NCBI GenBank assembly: GCA_964247055.1
Contig: OZ176051.1
Coordinates: forward strand, 13,826,001-13,890,000
From: Paragordius varius
Lineage: Eukaryota; Animalia; Nematomorpha
DNA length: 64,000 nt
Direction of reading: 5' to 3'
Position 1 is the first letter of the stretch. The number at the start of each line of letters is the position of its first letter. The notes beneath the pieces were generated by a model that saw only the letters and a program-made list of their open reading frames with translations, did not search any database and was not told the DNA's origin. Below are positions 25,601-37,346 of this stretch, in pieces. Position numbers and translations under genes: made by a program.

Positions 25601-27236
25601 CTATTTTCTATTATTTAACATAAATTTAAAATCGATATCAACTTTTAATCTTTGAAAAACTGAATATCTTTATTAATTTCTTAAAATAATTTTGGATATT
25701 TATAAGATTTTAACACGATATGAAAAAATATATAAGTTTTCTGGGTTATTAATTAAAATTTTTCATTGAAAACATTTAAAAGTCAATAATTTTGTTCAAT
25801 TGAAAAAAATAGTTTGAAACAAAAAAAGTGGTTTTCAATAAAAAATTTTGTTTTAAATGAATAAATATATAATAAATAAAGAAAATTAGGTTAATAAATA
25901 ATAAAATAAAAAAATAAATGCAAAAATTATGGTTAAATCAAAATTTATAAATTTTAAGGACCAACTTGGACTGTTCAAGGACCAACTTGAATTGTTCAAG
26001 CACCAACTTGAACTGTTCAAGGACCAACTTGAAGTGTTCAAGGACACTCTTGAAGTGCAAATGGTATACTTTAAAATAATACCTAACACCTTTATCTTTC
26101 CCGTTTATATGGGTTTTTTGTTAATATATAAATTATTATGAATCAGTAACTCTAATCTAAATCTCACATTGATAATGATATTAAAATATTTTATATTTAG
26201 ATATTTCCATCACACCGTGAAACTTTCCTTAACATTGCCTTGAAGTGTGGAGAAAATGTGTGGAACAAAGGCTTGTTAACCAAAGGTTATGGCCTATGTC
26301 ACGGAGTATCCGGCAATGGGTATGCTCTTTTAGCATTAGCAAATTGTCCTCTCTTAACCAACGAAATGAAATCACTTTACCTGGATCGTGCTAAAATGGT
26401 ATATCAAAAATTTTCCCTAAGGGGGGAAGGCGTTTAATTTGTGATACATAGCTCAAATTGTTATTGGTTATTCTAAGAGATAATAAGGCAGTGCTATTCA
26501 AATCACTGCCCTTAAAGTTTTTTTATGCCCTAATTATTTATCAAATTTATTTTGAGTATAATATCTGTGGATGTGTATTATAGCTAAGAAATTTTTATGA
26601 ATATTACATGGTGCACGGCCCTTTAAAAAAATTTGTAACCAATTTATAATCTGATCATATAAGGATATATTAAGAGTTATAAAAAAATAATGCTTTTATG
26701 ACTCGATTGCAGATATATATGGCAAATTTTTTATTTTCCAGGTTTTACGCTTTCTATATTCCACCTAAAAGTATTAAATCTAAAACACTCTCTTAATCAT
26801 TAATATTTTTGACTTAAGGTATTGTATTTTTTAATTTTTTAGAGCAAAAATTATTTAAGCTACTTCTTTGGTATTTATTAGTTTGGAGTTTGGTTGAAAT
26901 CATATGGGACACATAATTGTAGAATACCTGATACACCATACTCTCTATTTGAAGGTTAGGCTATATATATATATTATGTTTTGCATAAATGTATTTAGCG
27001 TTTTTTACACATGTATAAAGTTAAAAAATTGATCTTTTTTTAAAACCGCATCTTTATAATCGTATTGATATTAAAATCAATAAGATTTTTATCAATAATT
27101 TTGTAATAATCATTTGGAGTTAAACTTGAGTCAATTTTTTTAAATTTATAAATGCACAGGTCAAGCCGGAGTCATGTTGTACATACTTGATTTGTTGTCG
27201 CCAAAAGATGCCAAATTCCCTATTTATCAATTTTAA
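19068..27236 (+). CDS. LANCL: LanC-like protein (LANCL1/2 type), 10 exons, 474 aa
   Basis: Exons 19068-19112, 19138-19255, 19287-19605, 20247-20383, 20740-20846, 22669-22827, 25055-25246, 26201-26398, 26882-26954, 27160-27236. Motifs: RYFINPY, IYTGISG, EILYGMSGYL, PLMFEWH..YLGAAHG, Zn-ligand motifs QWCHGSPG and GLCHGVSGN, PDTPYSLFEG, C-terminal AKFPIYQF*. Exon 5 is the least conserved. Confidence 0.93.
19113..19137 (+). other. 25-nt intron (LanCL intron 1)
   Basis: gtattttttttatttcataaccaag; the unspliced frame hits TGA, the spliced frame continues to the YTG motif. Confidence 0.8.
19256..19286 (+). other. 31-nt intron (LanCL intron 2)
   Basis: gtattttctttatatataaatctataaacag; removal restores YTGISGYAF in frame with the ORF at 19334. 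Confidence 0.85.
20452..20719. mobile_element. MITE, CCATTT family
   Basis: TIRs and TA context; paralog of 30212-30479. Confidence 0.85.
22092..22629. mobile_element. MITE, CCATTT family (close paralog of 25483-26064)
   Basis: Same TIR and internal sequence; embedded in (TA)n on both sides. Confidence 0.88.
23177..24462 (-). mobile_element. Penelope-like element of a second family, 5'-truncated RT plus GIY-YIG pseudogene in LanCL intron 6
   Basis: FYKQIRGTPMGSP, YTRYVDDI, EEEKNNSINFLD, SNHP, VYHKRCNDCPAHYIGQSKRPINIREKEH, RLILEA; two frameshifts; candidate TSD TTTATGTTAT at 23167-23176 and 24463-24472; sits within a CAGT-MITE. Confidence 0.88.
23221..23262 (-). ncRNA. Candidate minimal type I hammerhead ribozyme in the PLE 3' region
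   Basis: ATCCA-TTGAAAA-A-GATAC(TCTCAT)GTATC-GAA-AATT-T-TGGAT: 5-bp stem I, variant core, 5-bp stem II, palindromic stem III; about 100 nt past the PLE ORF stop. Confidence 0.55.
25483..26064. mobile_element. MITE, CCATTT...AAATGG family, TATA (or TA) flanks, 21-bp subterminal repeats
   Basis: About 41-bp perfect TIR CCATTTGCACTTCAAGAGTGTCCTTGAACACTTCAAGTTGG; TATA on both sides. Confidence 0.9.
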
Positions 27237-28868
27237 TTTTTCAAAAATATATATTTGTATAAATATATATATATCTGTGTAAGTATAATTTGCCCTCTAA
27301 TAAATTATAGAATGTAAAGTTATATTACGAATGTGATTGCGTAATAAGTTATTTATATTTAATTTTAAACTTCTTTTTTCTAGATTGATTTTGACCGTTT
27401 TTTGCATATTTTATATAGAAAGAATACCCAATAAAGACTAATTTTGCCACGATTTACAACCTTGAATAAAGCGAATTTAATAAAAATATATGCGACAAAA
27501 GAATAAATTAACGATATTAAGGCGTTTATATCGTTAAGCCGACACAAAATCATTTCCCATTAAAATTATAATTTTTCGCTTATTCTAGTCTTAAATACAA
27601 CTTTTTAAAATAATAAATATGAATTATCATAATAACATTTTTGATAAATTTAGTTAAATCAAGAAATATTTATGCTTATAGGCTTTTTTCTTTCTAAAAG
27701 TTATTTTAGGTTAAGGGTATATAATCATAATATGATAAATTTAGTGTCAAGAATGTACTTTCTCTAAATTTAACCAAGGGTGACGTTACCTATAAGGAAA
27801 ATTAACTCAATTATATTAAGCAGTCAGTTGTTTTTATGAATTTTCGTTACAAAAATATTGTTTGTTATGGATCAAAATGACTAAAACTTTACGATTCAAT
27901 AAATATTAGTTATATGCATAATGAGCTTGTGATCAATAAGCTTAAAGCGTGTGTAATGCATAAATCAGATTCTTGAAAAAAAAACATTACACAAGAACAT
28001 TATACAAACGTGTCTCAAAGTGAAAAATTTAAATAAGCATATTTAAACCTAAATAAAAATTTTCTGGATAGAAGCGAAAATTAATATAAATAATATGCAT
28101 ACAATACCTGTCTACCTTAGTACATATATATTTCGCTAAAAATATATTGTTTTGATTGACGAGCGCTAGTATTTAATAATTATAATATAAATGTTATATG
28201 AAAGTAACGTATAGAAAGGAACACAAATTGGGATTTAAATTTTAAGAAACCGACCTCTCGTATTCAACTTTTATAACGAGTTCGAAGCCCTTTAAATATT
28301 TACTAAAATTGTTACCGTGTACATTTATAAATATGGGTCTTCAGCGGCTTTTCAATTATGGTAAAAATTATATTCATCCGATTCTAGCTTAACTAAGTTG
28401 ATGTATTATCTATTATTTTGCCAAAAACTAAAAGTAATAAAAATCATTAACACAAATATATTAATTATTGGACACAAGAAAAAATAAAATAGCATATAAA
28501 ACTATTTATTGATTCATCCAATTAACCAGTAGTTATCGGGCCTTTGTATTTCGTATATAAATGAATATTCCATTTTTTTGGGTATAAAATAATTCAAAAT
28601 AGTATGTATAAATAAAAATTATATATCTAGAGAAAAATTATTAAGTTATGTAATGTTTACCATTTAGACAAACGAGTGTTGGGCAAAAATTTTTCATATA
28701 AAACTTTCAAAAATACATCATAATTATCCGTGGAAAAAAGGATGAGTGTTAGATGAAGGTTCAGACTAATTTATGGAGAAACAATAATATGATGCGTAAA
28801 AGATATTTATTTATATAGATATGATGCATTTATTTTATCGTAATAAATTTCGCCCCCTCTCCTTTAAT

Positions 28869-31800
28869 TTAAAGTTTATCCAAGTAATTATTGACGTCGG
28901 GGATGCCTTCCTTAAGACCCTTTTTAGCTCTTTTAGTTGCAATGACTTCATAAGGTTTTGATTTGGGGTCTAATGGATCGCCCGGCAACACCTGCCAATG
29001 ATCAAACACGCATTGGGGAAAAGCTTGGCCTGATGTGTTGGACCGTAAATCAGCGGTAAAACCTAACGCCATCAAAAAAAATATTTTATTAGACATTTAT
29101 ATGTGCATAAACTTATATAAAAATCAAATTTAATGCAGTGAAAATTAAAATTATAGCGGAGACGTGGACACATTAAAAAGTTAAGACTAACGTTTATTAT
29201 AACGTTATAAATTGTAATAAAGCCTAAGGGGTGGGTGGATATAAAGAAAAGATATAAATAGGTGGTGCATTGTCAAGCATATTATAATGATGAAAAAATA
29301 AATTTTATATGTGTCTTTGGAAAAACCAAAACTTTATGTTTAAAAATCTATTCCGTTTAGTTTATATAAAAATTAATTTGTTGTTTTGATAGACAGGTAG
29401 AAATATAGGTAAAAGTAACAACACTATATTTCTGTATCACATCAAAGTTAATATGTGCCCTTTCTGCATGAATTCATGATAAAGCAACCATCATGTATTA
29501 CACAAAAAAGAAGGGCATAGTCAAAAAAATGGATACGTAGCAAATTATAAATATGTTGTTATATAATACAATATCAAAAAACCGAATGATTCGTTGACAG
29601 GCAGGTATGCTTTGATAAGGAAAATGGGTGTTCCAAAAACTTGACCCTCCTCGAAAACATGTCCTCTCCTGCGATTAAGAACACCGTATATCCCTCCCAC
29701 AGCTTGTTCAGGGCACTAAAAATAAATACAGTAAAAATATGAAATTAAAAATTCACAATACTAAAAGTCAACCACAACTAAATCATTTCAACCTTGATAT
29801 TTATGATGTAGCCCTTTACGCTTTAAATTAAAGTATAAAAACAAGTTAAATGGAATACTATATTTAAAATATCAAACATTAGATAAAAAAAATTTAAAAA
29901 AACAACAAACATAGCATATACATAAGTATATATTAAATTAAGTGAAAATGTTAAAATTTAAACCTGTATTTCGACCAGATAAACCGGTTCCAAGAGAGTT
30001 GGTTTTGCCGTTAACATACAAGCATACATACACCGCCGAGCCGTAGGGATAATCTGGCCTCCGCCCCTGTGAATAGCATCTGCGTGGAGAGTTACATCGT
30101 GAATATCGAAACGGACACCACGGACATTTTCTTCGCACAAAACGCCCTCTTTCGTGGCCCATTGGAAACCGGCCACTACGCTATCCTACAAACGCATAAT
30201 ATATATATATACCATTTACAGTTTAAATTAACCCTTAAACAATTTAAATTCACCCTAAAAATAAATTATGTGTTTTTGAACCAATATAACTCATTTTTAA
30301 TATGAAATATATATTTATGTCATACTTTATTATTTTTTCAATATTATTTTAATTTAAAACATAATTTTATTCCTCAAAAATATATAAAAATATAGGTAAA
30401 TTTTAATCTTAAAAAACATATAATTTATTTGAGGGTGAATTTGAATTGTTCAAGGGTGAATTTGAATTGTTTAAAATGGTATATATTATATAATAGCGGC
30501 TCAGAAAATTATGGAAATATTGATTTTAACAAATTCGCTTCTGAATAATTCTTTCCCCGATGGAAAACAAATTAGCAGAAATCTGTAAATAGCACTTTTC
30601 GACAGTTTTCATATAATTTAATAAAATATTAATTATGCCCATGTATTTTTCTAATGAGCCCCTACGGGATTTTTCGACTCAAAAATGCGGCCAACGAAAC
30701 CATTTGTGTTGGATACTCCCTGTATCCATTAAAAGGTAGAAAAAATCCAAACACACATGTAAAAATTAATCGCAATTAATTGTATGATAAAAAAAGTATT
30801 TATCGATTGGTTGATAAGAATAAGATAATACCTTAATTTCATTGAGGTATTGAACACCCTTGGTGCAATCAACAAGTATGTTAGGGCCTTTGCCGTCAGG
30901 ACCAAAACACCATATCTTACGCGCTTCTGTCACATCAAAATCGTATTTGTCAGCCAAATAACGGGCGCGAACTTTGAATTCTTGATTGGGGGCCACATCA
31001 CCCTAAGAGGAAAGAAATATAAGGCGTAAAGTTTTTTTTATAAAAAAAACTTAGGACAAAAATATTTTGTAACTTATTTAGATCAGGGCTTCTTAAAGTC
31101 GCGGCCCCACACGGGGTCGCGAGTGATAAAAATACAATTTAACAAAAAATGCTTTTTAACTTGTAAAATTATTGTTATAAAGAAAAATAACAACATCGTA
31201 GATAATTATATCATAAAATCTTCTGGTTTCAAAACGAATTCTAAATTTATATATTTTCATATGCATATGTGTAATGCTTAATAAATACATCAAAAATTAA
31301 TTTATTTTTTTTAAATTTGTTGAAGTCGTAAGAAAACTCGCAATCTTAAATGGGGTCGGGAATTACAAAATTATAAGGAGCCCTGATTTAGATTTTTTGA
31401 TAAAAATTAAAATAAGGTAAATCCTTTTATAAAAAAAATTATAATTAGGCCTTGTATATAAAGTATTGTTTTGGCAGACAGGTAGAAATGTTAGGCATAA
31501 TATAATTAATCCAACATTTCTGTTATTTACCAATGATAGTATAATGTATCCCAAATACATAACCCAGATATAAAACAAAATAATACACGCGTCTGATTAT
31601 CATGTTATATCTAAAGGGATTCTCACACAAGTAAAGTTACATATCATAAAAAAATTATATGTAAAGATAAATAAAATGTCAAAACTAACTAACCTTATCA
31701 ATGTCCTCAGCTAAGCCTTCGGGCATGGGACCAGCCGTCATAAACAATCTATATATTAAGTTAATTTATAAGAAGTTAAAAAAACTTCGGTATATATATA

Positions 31801-34800
31801 TATATATATATTGCAGAAAGTATAAATTAAAAAAAAAATTAATCATATCCACAATCATATATATATATTCATTTATATGACATTTATACAATCTACACAG
31901 AAAAACGTCAAAATGTTTCAAATTCTTATTTTATTATGTCTACCTATTGTGTTTGTTGGCCGATTTACTTAGGCACATTTGATTAGATTTTTCCGTAACA
32001 GTTTCACGATAACTGACGACAGGGTCCGACTTCTTAATAGGGATACAGGCATGGTCCTCCTCCAAATCCTTCAAGCAAATCTCCAAATGCAACTCACCAG
32101 CCCCGGCTATAATATGTTCCCCGGATTCCTCAAAGTTGCACTAATTAACAGGAAAGGACAGGTAGATAGAAATGTTTTATAAATGTGTACGCAACTTAAC
32201 ACATTTTATTTATCATACTAAAATTATATCTTATAAATATATATCATTTTTATGATCTATGCGAACGCATTTACAAAAAAGGTACCAAGATGTAAATAAG
32301 TTAAGATTTATCCTTCATAAACAGTTGATATAAATTTTATGTAAAGGCATTTATCAAAATATATAGGAAACAATTCCTTCCATATTTTATATATTATTTG
32401 TGTCAGATTATTTATTAAAGAGGTTCATTAAAGTTTTCCTCTATATATATTGGAAATTATATTAAAACATCAATCAAACAAACATACTTGAACCATAGGA
32501 TCTGATTTAGCCAAGCGTTTAAGACCCTCAACCAATTTGGGTAAATCTGAAGGATTTTTCGGTTCCACTGCTATACGTACAACGGGACTAACAGCGAATT
32601 TCATAACCTAAAAATCGAAAAAAAAATATTAATCGTATAACGGAAAAATATATCAAAAATTTATAGATTGCCTTTTAATTTGACTAATCGTTATTAAATG
32701 TAACGAATAAAGGCAAAAAAATATCGACTCCTTTAAAACAGTTTGCAAAATGATTGACTATATTTTCCAAATATAGATAACGGTAAAAGCAAAAAATACT
32801 GATTTCTTTATAAAAAAACAAATTTAAAAAAAAGTATAAGCAATTAATTTCCACTCACATTGTATTCACATTTCAATATTAAACTTACTCTCATATTGTG
32901 GGCATCTTTATGCGTTGTGATAGTCCCAGTTTTAACCAGGTATTGATCAACTCCAACAAGTCCACAAATATTACCGCAAGGGACATCTTCAATACTTTCC
33001 GTGTATCGGCCCATCATGAGAATAGTTCTGAAAGAAAGAAAGATGTTTTATATAAAATGCAAAATTTATCACATAAGTGTATAGGTGTGTAATAAATTTG
33101 GTTGTGTTCAATAAGCAAATATTAATGTACCCATTTTGATAATACAATATATGTTATGGTAAGATTAGCATTATGAAATGTAATAAACAACATGTTGTTA
33201 GCCCTCGATATGTATCAAAATATATTACAACAAAAAGGAGGTAACAACAATTGAATGTTTGATGTATATTATACATTTCATAATCACATACTTGCTATAC
33301 ATATATTGTAGCGAAATAAATGGGATAAAGGGATAGTTATTGAATAAAAAATGGAGTAAATAATAAATTTAACTCATGGCTATATCTTTTTATAAGCCAA
33401 AAACTTTAAAAAGACATTTTCTCTCTTTATAGACTTAAATAGCGATTAATTTGTATCTATCACAAAAAATAATGAGATAGGAAACTTGAATCGTAAAAAT
33501 AAGGTTATGATAATATGGTGTTCAGTATACATACAAAAAAATTGATATTTTTCCAACAAGAGACAACCAGCCATACCTTGATATTTCCTTAAATTACTCA
33601 TTATAAATAAAAGTGTTTTAACGATTTACATGTCTAATTCTATCGCAGCCCAAAACAATAAGTTATATTCAACATAATTAAGGTATCAAAAAATATGATT
33701 GTCTTTATGTGAAGTTTTCCATTTTGTTATCACAGAAAATATTTTTTCATATAGTTTATAAAGGCTGAAAAATTAAATGAATCAAATCGATTACTTGTTA
33801 CATAATACATATTCCTATTCAATTTCAACTTTTGATCTTTACAAGAAGTAATAAAATGTGAAATAAATATACTACCTTTGAATACTCTTTTCATAGAGAT
33901 CCTCCTTTTTACCAGGGACATAATTAGGTCCCATAATACGAACCTTTTGTCCAGTTTTGGCTGTGCCAGCAAAAACGCGACCAAAAGCATAGAAACGACC
34001 CTTGTCTGAGGTCGGGACCATCTTACTAATGTACATGATGAGAGGACCGTCAGGGTTACATTCACGAATAGCTGTAACACAAAACAAAGATATAATTAAC
34101 ATACATAGCGACTAATATTGTCATTACGGTAGAATAATTAAACAAAATACAATCGAATAAAATTAAAATTTAATTGTAATTAGTGATTTATATTGATTTT
34201 GAACGGAATCAATATTGATAACCACACCTACTTTTTCGCACATAACTAATTAAATAAAGCAGTCAAGAACCCCCACCTTAATAAAAATACAATATTTAAA
34301 AAAAACCCTTTATGAAGTGCCTACATTTTAACGATTATAGCTAACAGATAAACCAATTTTTAAACCAAATGTATGTAAAAGGTATTATTACCGGTGGCAA
34401 CCTCATCGTCAGCCGGGCCCTCGTAAAGCAATTCCGTTCTGTATCGTTGAGCCACAGCCGGGGAAGGCAAATGAATAACAATCATTTGAAGCAATGTTTC
34501 ACCTGCTGGTAACCAGGTTCGCATAACTTTCTACAATATATATATATATAAATATATACAGTTTAGAGTCTCTTTTTTTTATTAAAGGGTAAGGACTTAA
34601 ATTTGTATCCGGACATGTGAAGGCTTTAACACTCGCCTGCCCAGGGCTGACAGTGATGGAAAAAATTATAAAGTTTAGTATTAACTTCTCATGTAACTTT
34701 TGAGGGAAAATCAATATATTGAGTTGACTGAATTTTCAACAGATGTTTTTTTGGTCGAATTACATGTTTCAAACATCATCCATAAACCATAAATACTAAT

Positions 34801-37346
34801 ATTATAATAAAATTATTTCCATTTAAACCACAATTACTATTCCTATTTCACTTTGGTATATGACGTAGTAATATGCAAAAGAATTATTTCGTAAAAATTA
34901 AGATGCAAAAAACGAAGTGTTATATTTACTTTTAAAAGGGCCTTTCCCTCCAATTCCTTCAAATCAGTTTTGAGTTTATCCAAGAGTTGTAAGCGATCCA
35001 ACAGTTTTTCACATTCCTCTTTTTTAAAATTGTTGATGGCATTAAAAATCTACATTTTCGATATATTAAAAAATTTAATATCAAAAAATTACACATGTAG
35101 GAATACATAAGGACATGAAACCAAAAAAGAACTTATTTCCATCGTCACATGGTCAAATAAATTTACATCATGTGTAAACAACACTGTTAAATCTAATATA
35201 ATTGGATAATGTGCAATCTTTTTCAAAAATTTATTGACTGATTCAACATATATTTATATGCGACTCACAACAAATAAGTGCTATTATATTGGAACTTTTA
35301 TCTTCAATCTACATACCCACAACTAAAAAACACTTGATAAAATGACTAAAAAAATAAACGAATCGATAGAAACCACGTTTAATTTTATCATTTTAATTCA
35401 TAAAGATTAATATCTCTTGATTATTTTTTAATTTTGTCAAAAACACAAAACCTTATAAATGGGATCAAGGACAAATTGATTGAAACCACGTTTGTTTTTA
35501 TCGTCTTCTGAGGTGACTTTCGTCGTCCACTTTTTGGTGTCGGGGAAGAAAAAGTTGTCACCCCAAAGTCGTTTCATAAGTTTGGTGACATCAACCCCAA
35601 ACTTTTCAGCATAAATCTCGGCCATTTGTTTAAGGGTGAAGGCCCACCCATGAAGACCCGATCCGAAACCACAGTTCCCAATAGAGGGGTCAATCTAATT
35701 AGTGTGTAAGTTAAAAAGTTAATAAACAATTTAAACATTTCAGATTTTTTTATGCAATACAAAAAGACGCCAACGCAATTTGTGGGTAAAGGTAGGGCAT
35801 TATTTAAAGCATATCCTTTTGGAAAAGGATATCAGATTGGTGTCAAAGTCAAACACAAAACAAGGATCAGTTATTGAGTGTTTTCTTTAAAAAAAGGTTT
35901 TACACCCTTTTACAATTGTAATTTTGGCAGAAAATTATTAAAATCAAAAATGTTCAATATTCAACTACAATACACTATACCATAATATTTCCCATGGGAC
36001 CTTTTTCAGCTTCCCCGTACGTAGCAATAATGACATTAATGTTCTCAACAATCCGTTGAAATGTTTGATAAAGTTTTTCCTGTTCGAGTTGCAACTCAAG
36101 AAGCGCTCGGTCCAACTTATTCATGAAAAGAACAGGTTTTATCCGCTCAGCTATGGCTTGGCGCAAAACGGTTTCCGTTTGAACGCAAACACCTGCGCGA
36201 ATAAAAGTTAATGAAGTTTGAAGCGATAAAAAAATCTTTCTCATGATATATTGAAATATTTAATTAAGATTTGCATGGGAATCAATAAGGTTTTTAAGGG
36301 CGCTGTTACAAGATATCTTATTGACTCTTGTGGACACAATCAATGAAAAAATAATAATATGTTTTTAAATGTACATGCCCCGCTTATATGTCAATTTTTT
36401 GACGATCAATTAGTTGTTTGCAAAATTGCTTTAATTGTACAAAAACCCAATAATGATGGGATTTATAAATGAAATTTTTATTTTACAAGACTTATCCATA
36501 AAAATGCGTTTATGATAAATGGAAACTAAAAATAAACTTTAAAATATTATGTGTGAAATTTATTATTCACAGGCAAATTTTTCAATTTTAAAAACGTTCA
36601 AGTATACTTTCTTCAGCAGAAAAAAATGAAAATTAATACATAAATTTAAGAAAACAAACACAAACCATTGACGCAATCAACGACAACTAAAGCGCCATCA
36701 GTAACTCTGAGAGCAGCTGTGACTTCTGATGAGAAATCAACGTGCCCAGGTGAGTCAATCAAATTTATCAAGAAACCCAAACCATCTCCCTTGGGTTGTT
36801 TAACGTGAGGTAAATCTTTTTCATCCAACTCAAAGTACATTGATACAGCTCTAAACAAGAAAGAATGGACAATACATAAAAAGTTTGTTTTAATTGGTTA
36901 AAATGGAAATGATTATCCATTAAGAGCAATTGACGATACTTTATAGAAATTAAGGGTCAAATTTTATGGTATATACATTGGTGCATTTTAGACTTATAAT
37001 AAAGTTTAAAATAACTATAATATACTAGGTACTATTAAGAGAAGACACAAAAAATTGGATAATATTATTGCGCAAAAAACCGTTTATAATGATATTAAAA
37101 CATACGTTGATTTAATGGTAATACATCTTTCTTGTTCATCCTTACGCGTGTCTGTAAAACGTGTTTCCCCGGCCTTCGAATTGGCTATAATACCTGCTTT
37201 TGAAACAAGTGAATCCGTCAATGTGGATTTGCCATGATCAACGTGGGCTATAACAGACATATTTCGTATATTATGTTTCTTGTCCATAAGCCCACGGATT
37301 TCATCAATCGTAAAATTAACCTAAAATATTGTAATGTAATTACCAT
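28869..37346 (-). CDS. EEF2: Eukaryotic translation elongation factor 2, 16 exons, 847 aa
   Basis: Exons 37344-37346 (ATG only), 37106-37320, 36666-36850, 35981-36192, 35452-35694, 34930-35049, 34392-34530, 33876-34071, 32889-33027, 32488-32607, 31944-32140, 31694-31748, 30832-31002, 29964-30185, 29583-29715, 28869-29062; total 2544 nt in frame. Motifs: [25 protein letters not shown], diphthamide loop [13 protein letters not shown]. Confidence 0.98.
30212..30479. mobile_element. MITE, CCATTT family, in an eEF2 intron
   Basis: TIRs, (TA)n flanks. Confidence 0.85.
31084..31385. mobile_element. hAT-type MITE (302 bp)
   Basis: TIR CAGGGCTTCTTAA / ATAAGGAGCCCTG; perfect 8-bp TSD ATTTAGAT at 31076-31083 and 31386-31393. 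Confidence 0.88.
37321..37343 (-). other. 23-nt intron directly after the eEF2 ATG
   Basis: gtaattacattacaatattttag; splicing gives [10 protein letters not shown], the canonical eEF2 N-terminus. Confidence 0.9.
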
